Origin: Phoronis australis
Lineage: Eukaryota > Animalia > Phoronida
DNA length: 64,000 bases
Reading direction: 5' to 3'
Assembly: GCA_002633005.1 (NCBI GenBank)
Contig: NMRA01000166.1
Location: 715,620 to 779,619 of the forward strand
Positions 26,201 through 39,369 of the stretch are shown here, one piece after another. Every line of letters begins with the position of its first letter. The stretch's first letter is position 1. The notes under the pieces are model-generated. The model searched no databases, was not told where the DNA came from, and saw only the letters and a program-made list of their open reading frames with translations. Position numbers and translations under genes: made by a program.

Positions 26201-29200
26201 CATTATTGATGGAAATATTAGTCCAGGTACTCTACCAAGCACATCTAAATACTGTTGATGACATTAAAAAAACGAGCAAAATCACACCACTATCTACCTG
26301 TAGAATTTAAAACTACTTTGCTCAATTGCTATGGTCCACTAATTCAATAATACATAAGAGTATTACGTCAATGTATTGAAAGTTGTGCTTGAAAATTTGA
26401 TTTTTGCAATGTTAAGGAAGTATGCCACCTCTTTATTGTAAGTTTATTGTCTCAAAGCTGTATTATTGAAAGTGCCTAAACTTGAGGCTAGTGCAGTTGC
26501 ACTATATAGCCTTGTCCATACCTATCTCACACGCAGCTGTAGTAATATTAAACGACCAATATTTAGTATTACGTTGGTCACATGGTAATATAAATTGCCA
26601 AGCATGTGTCCTAACATGATTGGAATTTGTAGAAAACACAAGAAATGTTAAATGTGGAGCTAGCTTTTCTCCCTGTTGAGTCCGGTCGCCCAGTGCCTTG
26701 TGCTATTGCGATTATAAACTTAAGCCAGTTTTGATGATTCAGTCCAAATCAATTTAAGTCATCGAACTGCTCCCACACATGTACTTTTTCGGCTTCATTT
26801 TCATTAAAATATTTACAAAATGGACATTTTATTACCTGCGTTTTCATGATCAGATATGAACTCATCTTTTTATTAACTTGGGTTAAACCGTTTTAACTGT
26901 GCTAAAAGTAGTCTAACCATGGGTTTCTCACTCTGTCCGACACTCGCCTTTGTTATAGAATTTACAGCTACCGCGGGAACTATAAATGGCTCCCTTTCTT
27001 TATATATATATATGTGAGAGTTTAATCCATGAAAACCTCATTTTTACAGAAAATGTGCTACCTAAAACGTGTGAACTTTTTAATGAATGGCTATAANGGT
27101 CGCCCAGTGCCTTGTGCTATTGCGATTATAATCTTAAGCCAGTTTTGATGATTCAGTCCAAATCAATTTAAGTCATCGAACTGCTCCCAGACATGTACTT
27201 TTTCGGCTTCATTTTCATTAAAATATTTACAAAATGGACATTATATTACCTGCGTTTTCATGATCAGATATGAACTCATCTTTTTATTAACTTGGGTTAA
27301 ACCGTTTTAACTGTGCTAAAAGTAGTCTAACCATGGGTTTCTCACTCTGTCCGACACTCGCCTTTGTTATAGAATTTACAGCTACCGCGGGAACTATAAA
27401 TGACTCCCTTTCTTTATATATATATGTGAGAGTTTAATCCATGAAAACCTCATTTTTACAGAAAATGTGCTACCTAAAACGTGTGAACTTTTTAATGAAT
27501 GGCTAAAATACATTATTAACAACAGATAAATATACTGGTGAAAGTAACCACAAGGAGGTCTCTTAAACTCAGTGTCCATCAACTATAATATCAAGTAGGA
27601 AGAAGCTTCTTTCGGGAGTCGGTCAGTCTCTCACATCAGTCCAGACTTGCATTTTGTCTCTGCGTTTTTGCCACGACTTAGGGACTGTGAGTGTTCACCA
27701 TGGCCAGTACTGTAATCACATATGCCTGCGTTTCAACATAAATTTCGTGTTTGGTCATCATTTTTGACGCTTTCATGTTGTTTTACGAAAATTAATAAAA
27801 TTCTATAACAGCCAACTAGTTCCAAAATTGTTTGTCGTAATTACGTCAATAAATCCAAAAAGGCAAGCCCCGGTATGCTGTGAAATAATGTTCACTAATG
27901 CTTTCTACAAGCAAGCACAAGCATGTGGTACATAACGGCAAATCAATTATTCGTTCGAACGCCACAACATGGCTATTGCATTTCTTTACATCTGTAGTTT
28001 GTCATTAAACATAGCGGGCCAATTAGGCAATACAAAACATAAGGGACTTCTTCAATGTTGGCGATCACTCAAACTAGATGCAACCACGTGTATGTTTCAT
28101 AAGTGGCACGATTCCTTCGAAGTGCAATTATGAATTATTAACTTGTCCCAGTTGAATTCGCAGAGGCCACTTTAGGTCCTCGCTTGGGTATTAATTGAAG
28201 TTATTGCTCTTGATTACAAAGCGTGTTAAATGTTCGAGTACATAACCCGTCTCTCCTTAGTTGGATATGGCAAATTAAATATAAGTATATAATTTGATAA
28301 TCGTTGCTTTGTATCACATCAAAAATCATTTGAAAGAGACGACAATCAATATTTTACGTTGCTGAGCGAGAGTTAGGCGATCAAGACGGCTTAAGTTCAA
28401 ATTAAACCGATCTTTTTGTATATATACATCGAAACGAATTGTGACATTGGATACGGATACAACGACTAAAAATGCCTGTCCTTGCAATATCTAAGAATTC
28501 GCGAAAAAATCAAACAGGCTCCCTGTAAAAGTAAGATCCGCAAATACTGTTACAGAATGCAAGACATGCGGCTTAGGGATTTTTGTACCGGCCCAGCTCA
28601 AAGGTAATAATCCGTTTCGATATACCATTGATACTCGTTATCTATAGTCTATGGATATACAATGCATGACATACAAAAACATCAGTCTAATCTCAATTTT
28701 AAAGTCCTAGAAGCACACGTTTTTAACCCTTATTAAATGGTTAGAAGCCATTATAAGGAACCACGCAGTACTTATCCTATAACCAATGCACAATCTATAG
28801 TCGAAGAAAGTTTAAATAAACGCGTCACTCACGATTCCGACCCGAAGTTCTTAACCATTTTGAACTAACGGCGAAACCGAAAGAACAATTCATTCAAGAA
28901 CCCAGGCGTAGTATACGCCGTCTGTGCGACTGGGACAGTGTCTGTTACCAGCCTGCAAATGAGGATAAAATAATCGACAGCGGACCTCAACTTTAATAAA
29001 ATCAAAATAGGGACAATTTGTACTGAAAATGTTGAAAAAATGTGGCAAAATAAATTTTGACAGAAATTATTTTGCGGGCTCGGACCTGCAGGAACTCAGG
29101 TCACGGAAATAGACGGGAATAGTCGATGATTTTCCGCTCTCGGCCGAGGTACAAAATTGTGCTCAGGCTAAAAGAGGATTTTAGTTTGATAACAGAATTG

Positions 29201-32200
29201 ATGTGAACATTCTGCCGTGTTACATAGTACTTAATTTGGTATATATTTTCAAATTTTGAACAAGAATACCCTTTGAGATATGGACTTTAAGCCAGCTCAT
29301 TCGTCGAACTCGGGAGAAGTAACTTTAACGATAGCCTCAAGCTATTGAAGTATAATAGGCGCAACTCCAATGTCTTATGTAAATTAACACGTGCATAAAC
29401 GTATTGGATTTCAAGAGTGGCGTACGCCATGCATATGGATCACGTTGAACCTACTTACCAAACCCGGCGGCCTCTTCTTACACTCGATATCTGAAAATTG
29501 ATTTTGGCATGTGTTACAAGTGACGTTGCAGCTACCAGGGAGTCTGGACTACGTTAGATTAAAGCTACGATATATCCTGCTATGGTGTTACCGTCAACAT
29601 TCTTCACCACCGTATTTGCTTTTGGAGAGCAAAGTGATCGCGTTCTTAGTTTTTATTTGAATCGAAATTGGTGACAAATAAGAATTCCCGGCCTTAGTAG
29701 TCGATCATACGCCATTGGCAACTAAAACTAACCCGCCGTAGCAATGACCCTAACAGGCGTGGTCTGATTCAAATGACAACCTGTCTCCGTAGAAATCATT
29801 TCTAAACTGAGTAAGAAGTTAAACGAGACTGGTTTTATAAAAGTGCGTGGCCTACACATAAATCAAAAGTTGGTTTTGGCAGAAGTCATGGGTTCATTTG
29901 CTCAAATTGTCACAGCATATTTTGCGTTTCGTCGACCACTGCTGACCCAAATTGTCAATATTGAGAAGTTGTATCAAGTTGTATCAAGTTGGGACGTCGT
30001 AGCAATAAATGTTTAAAAGTGACAGAGAATTCTGGCTAAAAAATATTGGGCCGTTTTGTCAACATGGGCGCGCACTAATTATATAACATGCCTATAGTAT
30101 GCCCGCCAACAGCCCTCAGCAACTGCATGAGTTGGTTGTCTGCAAATAATTTCCCCAGGCGTGAGCCAATCTACAAGTAAGACGCTTTCCTGGTTTGCTG
30201 TCATGTTGGTTGGTCTACAAGAGTGTGTCTTTCGCAAAGACATTTACCAGGGGATTAAACTTTCAAAAATAGAGGTTGACTACAACAGTATGCACACAAA
30301 CAAGCCAGTAATGAAAACGAAAATACTTTGCACACCCGACTCTAACGGTGAATACATGTATGACATGCTCACTGGCGTAGCCAGAAGTTTTCAAGAGGGG
30401 GATTAAACGCGAAATTGATGGCGACCATAAAGATGAGTGGCGACAGCGTTGACGGGTTTTCAAAACTGAAATGAGTGCCGGCTAAGGGGGGGGGGGAGCT
30501 TTTTTTGTANGACATGTTAAGTGCCAGAAACGTACCAGGATGCATGGAAATGTCACCGTTTGTCTACAAAAATAAAACGTTACCCCCCGCTCGGCGCCAC
30601 ACGCCTCGGATTCGACCTTAGCGGGAATCGTAACCCCCCCCCCCTTACTGAAAACGTAGATTTGCCACTGAACAGGGGTCTTATATCAACGTGGGTAGCC
30701 GACTTCTTCTCATACACCTGTGAATAGCTACCGTTGCAACAATCACTTGTAAACAAAAAGTAACTATTTTCAGCTCGTAAAATGGAGAACACGCGCCTAT
30801 CCCATCACTGTAGGTAGAACATTTCCCTGGCACAAGATGAAGCGGCAGTAAACCCACGTTCTTAGAAGAAACATTCCAAACTTTTGATTAAGACCACTGG
30901 AACCGCTACAAAATTGGTTTCAATTCTTTCCTTATTCTGACGCGAGGTATTTCGTCTTACAAAGAACTAACGGTTCGCTGTTGTTTGAGACCATGCTAGG
31001 CGAAGAAATTGACAGGGGGATCACTTATATTGGCAAGGTGCCCGCAGGCGTGCACCAAAAATTGTTGCGAGACTCCCTATTGCGGGTGCCAGGTCTGCTA
31101 ATTCCCATCCCTTTTTGCGGGGTAAATTTTTCTGTCACATCCTCTTTTAAAAATTACCGTGACATTTTTTTCTTTCCTTTAGTTATTTGTACAGATGGTC
31201 ATGGGCCTAAAGTACAACAAACAGCAATACACAAGCTGTCCCGTTTTTAGATGCGTAGTATACATATTTCACAACTGATTATCAGGATTACATAACAGTC
31301 TATGAAATCTAAACAAAGAGGGATTTGTCCAGAGGCTCTCACTTAGAAACTTAGCTCTGATTTCGGAAAAAGCTTCGCAAACTAACAAAAAGTGATATTT
31401 ATCCTCGAGCATAATGTACACACTCTGTCTTGATATATCACATTTACGTGACGACCAGTTTCTACTGCCAGTCTGTGGTTTGCACATCGAAAACGTGTAA
31501 AATTTTGCACGAACACTTTTGGAAGATTATCAATTTCTAAATAGTTTTCATGTTCAAATACAACCTTAAATTTTTCATAATATTTTAACTTAGAATCGGA
31601 ATCAACATCGGACTGCCATCTTTGCAAAGTACAATCCTTAACACGTTGTGAGAAAATATTTACAAACGACTCTTGACATGCAACTCCTTGGTTTACCCAA
31701 ACTCTATAGAAACCATACATTGACAATAAATTGCTGACTGATCTTGCCCAACGACAGTTTAGTGTCCTATTGGATCGCGCGCGAGTCCCGCAAAACATGC
31801 TGAAAAGTACCGACTAGCCGTAATTTCTGGTACCCGCCTGCGGCATCTTGTCAATATGATTGACCCCCGGGTCAAAAATGAGCTTTTAGTACGATAAGTG
31901 GCATAAATCAACATGCTTTTTAGTCCAATGCGAAATCAATAGCGAGCCGCTTTAGTCGTTGGGCCAACTTGGGCTGCTGTGACACTGGGGCCTGTAGACT
32001 ACCATAGATGAACCACAGTAGAGGACCAAATTGACACAAGCAAGAATTATCTAGATAATTTGGACAAAGTGTGTCAATTTTGGGCCGATAATAGTGACCC
32101 AACTGGTCACATTCCATTCATTACTATTAAAATTCAGAAACAATAATTACGATTATTTTGGTGTTGACTTTAGCCTACATCGGTGCGATAATTAAGCAGT

Positions 32201-33005
32201 TGCTCCTGTCTGTTAACATAGACCATTCTTAATATAGATGAGCATGAGACATTCTTTATTGATTACATATTGGTTGCCAGTGTCGATGTAACTTGTCTGC
32301 AATGATTCCTGAAGGCAAGTTCTAGTTCTGACGTCACGACGACCCAGTGATCTCTGGGCTGGTCTCGCACACTCGTTCCTGTGTTTCAATAACTGAGTAC
32401 AAGCATAAATCGATGGCAGAATTTATTCAAGGTCATAGATACGTGAACGTACAAAAAATCTCTAGAACTGTTACCAGTTAGGTATACGAACTCAACTCCA
32501 ACGACTGAGATAGCAATACGACTTGATTGTGGCCTGCTGCTCAAGCCTCGTTTTTGGCATCAAAATATCGACCTTGCATTAATTTTAAGAATTGCCTACC
32601 AAATTTGGGTTTTGAATTGTTTGGAACTAAAACTATAGATAAGGTTTTACGAGGTTTTACAAATTTTTTTTATTTTTCCACAAACATCAGTATAAGGTCG
32701 TTGGGATGTTGTTTGACAAAGAGCTGCTGAAAACGATAGCAAATTCTCGACAGAAAAATTCTTGCTTTAGACTGTCAAAGTATTAACTTTCAGGATTTTA
32801 TTTTTCAGAAAGAGAAGAAATCGAACGATCTTGTGGGAAAACGTCAGGCGACGGCTTGTGTCAGAAAACTACGTTTCGGGGTGATAAGAATGCTTTAATA
32901 TGTGCATGTGAGAGCGATAACTGTAACAAAGCACTTGAGCTCTTATCTCCGAAAATCCTGGTCACGGTTTTAGCCTTAGGTGTGCATTGCGTAACAGTGT
33001 TATGA
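19032..33005 (+). CDS. Ly6/uPAR (three-finger) GPI-anchored protein, Quiver/Sleepless-like; 3 exons join(19032..19083,23402..23551,32809..33005), 132 aa
   Basis: Manual splicing with GT-AG sites and phase 1/phase 1 introns gives MRLAYMTLVLTTLASCINARRLRCFSCRTQTDNGCGSTFASTGSSVECEMFDEEKSCLKIHYYDKETEREEIERSCGKTSGDGLCQKTTFRGDKNALICACESDNCNKALELLSPKILVTVLALGVHCVTVL*. It has a signal peptide, 10 domain Cys, LxCxxC start, CxCxxDxCN end and a hydrophobic GPI-type tail. Confidence 0.88.
19597..19932. mobile_element. Kolobok-like MITE
   Basis: TTAA|AGGCAATAGCACGGTCCCGGAT ... ATCCGGGACCGTCTTATTGCT|TTAG. Confidence 0.6.
21170..21846 (+). mobile_element. Ngaro-like split-direct-repeat terminus (B1-A2-B2)
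   Basis: Apparently identical 172-bp direct repeats 21170-21341 and 21675-21846 enclose a segment matching 3638-3830. Confidence 0.6.
23213..23253. repeat. (GT)n microsatellite
   Basis: Directly visible. Confidence 0.95.
23402..23551 (+). CDS. Ly6/Quiver-like exon 2
   Basis: Polypyrimidine acceptor TTATTCTTTCAG, LRCFSC...C...C...C, donor AG|GTAGG. Confidence 0.9.
25267..25436. repeat. (TATG)n microsatellite
   Basis: Directly visible. Confidence 0.95.
26684..27504. repeat. About 410-bp tandem duplication across single N (27097); probable haplotype/assembly overlap
   Basis: 26684-27094 matches 27098-27504 with a few SNPs and a different (TA)n length. Confidence 0.85.
28703..29286. mobile_element. 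Kolobok-like non-autonomous element
   Basis: TTAA|AGTCC ... GGACT|TTAA; a related copy starts at 63330. Confidence 0.6.
30370..30670. mobile_element. hAT-like MITE fragments joined at single N
   Basis: CACTGGCGTAGCCAG start, GTAGATTTGCCACTG end; 3' part similar to 38210-38399. Confidence 0.5.
31190..31755 (-). mobile_element. 5'-truncated RTE-X-like LINE 3' fragment
   Basis: KLKYYEKFK..FEHENYL..FRCANHRLAVETGR..RVC..C..EDKYHFLLVC; overlaps in sequence with 6170-6320. Confidence 0.85.
32809..33005 (+). CDS. Ly6/Quiver-like exon 3 (CACESDNCN + GPI tail)
   Basis: Acceptor TTTATTTTTCAG, ERSCG...LC...ICACESDNCN, hydrophobic tail, TGA; AATAAA at 33115..33120. Confidence 0.9.
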
Positions 33006-33114
33006 CTGCCCCCACATAAGTAACCAACAGCGGGACGGAAGTCGCTCGAACCCATGCACTCCCATGTGTGCACTGAACTTCCTGGCAAGTTCTAAATTAT
33101 GTACTGCACTTGAA

Positions 33115-33120
33115 AATAAA
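33115..33120 (+). terminator. Putative polyadenylation signal of Ly6-like gene
   Basis: AATAAA about 110 nt after the stop codon. Confidence 0.5.
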
Positions 33121-33128
33121 GGGGTACT

Positions 33129-33380
33129 CATGCGCGCACCCAGCCTTTAATGTGGGGGGGTCGTATTTCTGACGTTGTGGACCTTTTGGTAACAAAAAAT
33201 CGGGCGGACTAAAAAAACGGAGTGCACCACTGTGAATTGCGCGTTTGTGCTTGTTAAGTGGACTTTTGTCTCATTTTCTCGGACTTTTTGTTTCTCAGAG
33301 GCGGACCTTTTTGCCCACTTCGCCAAATGGGGGGCTTGTTCGAGCCCCCCGAGTCCCCCCCCTCCCTGGGTGCGCGCATG
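33129..33380. mobile_element. hAT5-like MITE with 5-bp TSD
   Basis: TIR CATGCGCGCACCCAG/CTGGGTGCGCGCATG, TSD GTACT/GTACT; second partial copy from 36348. Confidence 0.75.
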
Positions 33381-35869
33381 GTACTGTAATTGAAACTTCT
33401 TTTTCATTAACTTTTTAGTTTAAAAGATCATTTCCAATATACACACAACCTAGCTAGTGGAAGGTGAAAGGAAATAGCCTACCTTAACAAATACACAATC
33501 ACCTTCCAGTCAGTAATTCCGAAACTCAATTTCAATAAGTAGCGATTGATTTTTATCATCAAAATCCTAAAAGAAATGGCCTTGAAATGGATTGCAGCTA
33601 TCTTTTTCAAAAGTGATTGCACTTCGTACGCTTGCCAAAAAGAAGAAATTGTCACGGCCTTAAATTTAAAGTGTCTCCAAGCCCGCGTTCCGTCCCTCAA
33701 GCAGAACTTTTGATTTAGACCACATATTGCAAAAAAGTGGTCTCAACTTGTTCCTCAGGCGTTAAATGGTTATTCCTTGAAGTCATGGTCGGTGCACAAG
33801 TCAACTTGTGGAGCTTCAGTGGTCTCAGGCAATCACTATATGCCAGTCCTGAAATCACTTCTAATTGTACTAAAGCACTGTTCAAGACCAGTTTCGAAGA
33901 TTTGGAGGTGGAAGGCTATTTTATAACCGCTACATGCTTTGTAACCCCAGTTGTGTTATTTAAGGTTACGTAGGATCCTAGAAAAATTTTAGATTTGACA
34001 AACAAATTCGGAACATCAAATCTCAGAAAAGGATGATCGGGTTCATATGAAACTTTAACTATGCAATAAGCACTGATCTACAAAACGACTTAAAGAATAG
34101 TTTTAGAAATGTTCATCTTTTGCATGAGAAAATAAGACTTATATGATTTTCTGAAAAAAATCAGTATAAAACAAAGATTAAATTGTAACTCAGAAAACTG
34201 TAACAACGTTATGAGATTTCATCTTGAAGATTTAGATGGAACGAAATTAGGTCATTTTATTGCATGCACCATTAGCTTTGGGTAAAATTTACTAAAAAAG
34301 CAATGTGGTCACGTGACTAGATTCACGGCAGATTAGCATAAAATTAAAAATCAGTCTAGTCTTTGTACTTTCAGAAAATACGTACTTTCACAGAGTTAAA
34401 ATTTGCAGATCTCTTTGTACCAGTTACGCTAAATACACCCACTCGTGGATACGGTCTTACATACATCTTGAGACAGACAAATTTTCTTCCGGATATATTC
34501 TAATGGTATGTATGTTACAGACCGTAAACACTGGAGAGGCCTGTTGGATTTGTAGACACCCATACGAATCTTTATATCATGCAAAACCTTTAATTTAAGG
34601 ACTAAGTCTCTATTTATTTTCATTGAAACGCAGGCTCAGTTTTTAGATAAATTGTCAGAAACTGTAATGAGTCAAAGAGGAGTCACTAATAAAGATAAAA
34701 TGATAGAAAAAAAGAAAATTAGTGAGAAGAAAAAGACACAAACACGCTGAAGATTATGGGAGTTAAATGGAATCTCCATATTGGACCGTCTCGTGCAACT
34801 AGGCAATGGACCAAAATAAATTCAACCAAACAAGTACCTCATTATGTGTTCAACAGGTAATGCAACTACATTTTCCTTACACCTCTTGGTATAATTTATA
34901 GGAAGGTCCCTGAGGAGGATTTACGCAGCCATCAAATTCTTTTCAGGCTATCCTCACAGTAAGGTGCTAAAAAAATCCTAATCCGTGAGGGAGAAAGGTC
35001 CAGAGCAGTAACGTTTTCCTCCCTTCCAGTCGCCCTACTCAGGTGTGAAACGCATCGTGAGACCTCATCTTTTTTGCATGAACTCATGCGATGATTCTGT
35101 ACAATTTTCTGTCAATGCTAATTGTTCTTACGAGGGAACAGGTCACTTCGTACCCAAGAATCAACTCGTACCAATATCAATTCACAAAACTAATTTATTT
35201 TGGTAAGTAATGATCGAAATAAAAACATCAGTTTATGTTGACAAAAAGTGGTCACGTGTTACCCACTATTTAGTAAAATAAAGTGGTTATAAACCGCCTT
35301 GCGTCGCAAAAAAACAAAATTTTATTTTGACCTTTATGAAATTGTCCCAAATTGTCCTTTAGTCAAATTAGCGGTTGGGTTGTCACCGCTTTGGTGACAG
35401 AGGCGTAGTCTCAAAAAATAACGAACTGTCAGTAGCACTCAGCTCATTGCAAGACCAATAATCACTTCTCATCTGACCGAGAAACAAGTGGAGACTACTT
35501 TTACAGCGGTGAGTGGTCTACATGTCAATTAACAGCTCATTTCTTGAAGGGAACTCCCATTTATAGCCGCTTTGAAATGAGTCAAATTGAATGTGTCCTG
35601 GGTAAGAATTGACTGGAGTCTTTTTTAAAATTATTTTCAACAAACAGAAATTTCAGCATTGTGGAGTATTGCGTAAAGTTTAGAACCTCAAACTCGACAG
35701 TTAATTTTGGCGAATTTTCTAAATTCTTTACACAATTAGAAAATCGCTGGCATTTCAAAATAAACTGCGTCCTTCTTTTAGAACAATGTCAATCATTCCG
35801 TTTACTGAGCATAATGTTTGCATGTCCCTTGATGACGACTAGAACTCAGGACTCTGGTGTTGTGTTGGT

Positions 35870-36345
35870 TTAACGTGGGGCGTTGGAATGCGCCCACGAA
35901 TGCACCGCAAACGGCGTTTTTCTAGGGTTGTTTATTTTATCATAAAAATTGCCACTAAAGGATGCAAAATACGTCGAATCCATCCAAAAGCTGGTATGTG
36001 TCATCAAAGCTATTTGCCAAATTTCATACAAATTTGACAAGGTTTGCCTGAGAAACCAAGGAAAATGGAAAAAATGAAATTGCCACTAGGAGGCTATGGG
36101 CGCAAAACGTAACTCACTAGGAGGCGCCACAGTAGTTGAAGTCATCGAAAAATCATTGTCAATCGTCCTCTTCACACTAAAAATATATATGTCAATTTTC
36201 ACAAACATCCTTAGAATGAGAGTGGTTTGGCTGATAGAGGACTGCTTGCCAAAAACAGACTAAAAACAGAAAAAATGTCCACTAGATGGCGCAAAATATG
36301 TCGAACCCAACAGGAACCTGTCATGGTTTCAATAGAAAGCTACTT
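35870..36345 (+). mobile_element. HINE family B fragment
   Basis: ATGCGCCCACGAATGCACCGC start and GCCACTAG core repeats shared with 56392-58199. Confidence 0.65.
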
Positions 36346-36585
36346 ACCATGCGCGCACCCAGAGGGGCTCCAATGAGCCCCCCCCCATTTGGCGAAGTGG
36401 GCAAAAAGGTCAGCCCCAGAGAAACAAAAACTACGAGTAAATGGACAACAGTCCACATGAATTCGGCGCCAATGCGGCAATTCATAGGTCTGAACATAGT
36501 ACCTCGTTTATTTATTTTTTATTTTTTCAGTCCCGTTCTATATCTTTTCACTAACAGGTAAGCAAACCAAAAAGTCGAGCCCCCC

Positions 36586-36826
36586 NNNNNNNNNNNNNNN
36601 NNNNNNNNNNNNNNNNNNNNNNNNNNNNNNNNNNNNNNNNNNNNNNNNNNNNNNNNNNNNNNNNNNNNNNNNNNNNNNNNNNNNNNNNNNNNNNNNNNNN
36701 NNNNNNNNNNNNNNNNNNNNNNNNNNNNNNNNNNNNNNNNNNNNNNNNNNNNNNNNNNNNNNNNNNNNNNNNNNNNNNNNNNNNNNNNNNNNNNNNNNNN
36801 NNNNNNNNNNNNNNNNNNNNNNNNNN
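36586..36826. other. Assembly gap (N run)
   Basis: Ns. Confidence 1.
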
Positions 36827-38399
36827 AAGGAGCCCTAGTTCCGACCTCAACACCTACCGTCTGTCTACCTGCAATAAGCACACTGCCGTCTTCTATACTG
36901 GGAATTTCCGCAGAAAGGCTCACCCGATGAAACGCTCATGCCCATAGGCATTTATTTGATATTAGTACTTCGGGTTTCAAGCGTTCAGACATTGGGACTT
37001 TTATTTTGAAAATTGCCAGAGATGCAAATAGGTCCTGGGATGCTTCGTCTAGGTTTGAAGTAGTTCATGATGAACGGATCAAATTTAGTTACGCATGTAA
37101 GTCTTTTGAATGGACTTGGCAACCTCAAGGGTCTTAGTGTCAACTAAGCTGCGAAACGAGATGCTGACAGTTGTAGAGGCTTACAAGCTCATTGACACAG
37201 CAGTTGACGAAGTGCAAGCGTTGGGAACAAACATCGAAGATATGTGGGTAGAATGGTTCCAAGACGAGCAAATCATTGGATCCGATATACAAATTTCTCG
37301 GCAGTCTAGACAACAGAAGAATAGGACTAACGTATGAGTAAGCACTGGGGATTAAAATTTTAGAGAGAAGTTTTCAATTCAAATTTTTTTGCATAGTACA
37401 CTTTAGGTCTCGCGACGGACCAGGTCAGTTGAGTTTCAGTGTACTTCTGGTCCCTCGGCGAACTAGTCTTGTGATTTTTTTTACCAAAGTGTGCTTTGTA
37501 AAACTATTTATCTCAGCCAGTACTGTTTGGTCCCGCGACAGATCGACTATTTGTATAGGGATAATAAGCACAGGTGTACTCTTGGTCTCGTGACGGACCA
37601 GGTCAGCTTTTTGTGTACTCTCATTGTACATCTGGTCCCTCTGCAAACTAGTCCAATGTATCTTTTCACCACTGTGCACAGGGTGTTTTGGTTTCGTGAA
37701 ACTGTTTTCAGGTGATTTGTTTCCTGATAGATTTGACGTTTTTCAATTGTTGTCAACGTGATCCAGCTTAATAAAGTGATACCTAATTATTTATTGTCGC
37801 TTTTGATAATAGACTATGAATTGAGAGCACCATCGTTCGCTATTTTTTCTCGTAACGAGACAGAACACGTGTTTATTTCCTGACTAACAGTACAGGTCTT
37901 CGTTCTTAAACAACTTGAGGCTGCTGTTACGCGATCATCTGATATTCAAGTTTTTACGCCCCGTCGGTGCTCCTTAATCATGCTCTTGAATATTTGGAAA
38001 TTGTCTTAACCCCTGTATACACACCACACTTTTTCGTATACGACTTTTCGTATGCTAAAAAGGTGTGTGTAAGCAGATGTTCCAACAAAAATTTTTGCTG
38101 GTGGCGAGACTCATACCCAGATGTGCACAATATGGTTTCACGAAACTTATGTGCCAAGTTCATGTGACGAAATCGAAAAGGGTCTTTAATTATCTTAAGA
38201 AAAACTCCAGACATGTTAAGTGCCAGAAACCTTACAGGATGCATGGAAATTTCACTATTTGGCTAAAAAAACAAAAAAATATCTTACACGGGTGGGGAAG
38301 CCCCCCTCCCGACCTCCCCCCTCTCGGCGCCACGCGCCTAGGATTCGACCTTGGCGGGAATCCTAAACCCCTCTTGCTGAAAACGTAGATCCGCCACTG
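36827..38399 (+). mobile_element. Degenerate hAT (Tip100/PRKRIR-like) transposon remnant with internal minisatellite
   Basis: ORF 37110-37337 (VVEAYKLID...VEWF...RQSRQQKNRTNV) resembles a hAT transposase helical region; repeats at 37400-37680; hAT-like terminus GATCCGCCACTG. Confidence 0.5.
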
Positions 38400-38756
38400 G
38401 TTTGGTTGACAGGGGGGCAGACGCCAAAAACAGTCTCGAAAACAGTAAAAATGGCCACTAGGTGGTGCAAAGTATCTCAAATCCATCCGAAAACGGGTGC
38501 ATACTGCACGGTCATCTCACTAACATATGCCTAAGTGCCAAATTTTATGAAATTCCGTTGAGGACCTCCGAAGATACAGAGGTAAACGTAAAAAAACTAA
38601 AATTGCCACTAGAGGGCACATCAGTAGTAGGAGAGGTCTGAAATTCTTAGTCATCCGTTGTCAGCTTCATAGGAACACATCTGCCAAATCTCACCAAGAT
38701 CCCGTGAGGATTTAGGAGCTGCGGACGGCCGACGACAGACACCCAGACAGAGCTGA

Positions 38757-38935
38757 CGGCTATATGCATCCACATATAAGAGGGAGTTTGAAACGGGATG
38801 GTCAGCAATTCCAGTAAATCAATAAACCAGAAGCTTGACTCAGTTTCAGCTAATGAGCCTTCATCATCTTGGCTGATAGAAACAAGTATGGGTTGATTTT
38901 GTCTGAATGAATATATGGTTTGTATTAGACCCACC
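38757..38935 (-). mobile_element. Penelope-like pLTR fragment with degenerate hammerhead
   Basis: ATGATGA-AGGC-TCATTA-GCT-GAAAC-TGAG-TC on the minus strand. Confidence 0.4.
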
Positions 38936-39043
38936 TTGTACCAGCAGCGTGATTTCTTTTGAGTAGCCTAGCTTTCGAATCCACTTTAGATTCTTTTTCG
39001 GGTTGACTGATAGGAAACTATCAACACACACAATATTATGAAC

Positions 39044-39049
39044 TTTATT
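39044..39049 (-). terminator. Putative ZMPSTE24 polyadenylation signal
   Basis: AATAAA on the minus strand about 320 nt after the stop. Confidence 0.4.
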
Positions 39050-39369
39050 GAGAAATGTGAATATACACTTGCACATTGATATCCTTTCAGTCAAGGCAGA
39101 ATTATTTCAAACTTGAAATTATGATGTTGCATGATGCACCCAACACGTAGTGCACAGGAACCTGACAATGTTAAATCTTCCTGGGAATACAGATCTGTTT
39201 ATAACAGCATATCCATTTGCATTCACTATTTCCACCTGGATGCATTCAACAGTCTTGTTGGATAATGGTCTTGATTAAAGACATCAAAAGGTCAGGTAAC
39301 TGACAGGTGGTGCATGAGATGGGAATCAAGCTGACATTTGCTGTTTTATCAGTGCCAATGACTTTTGAG

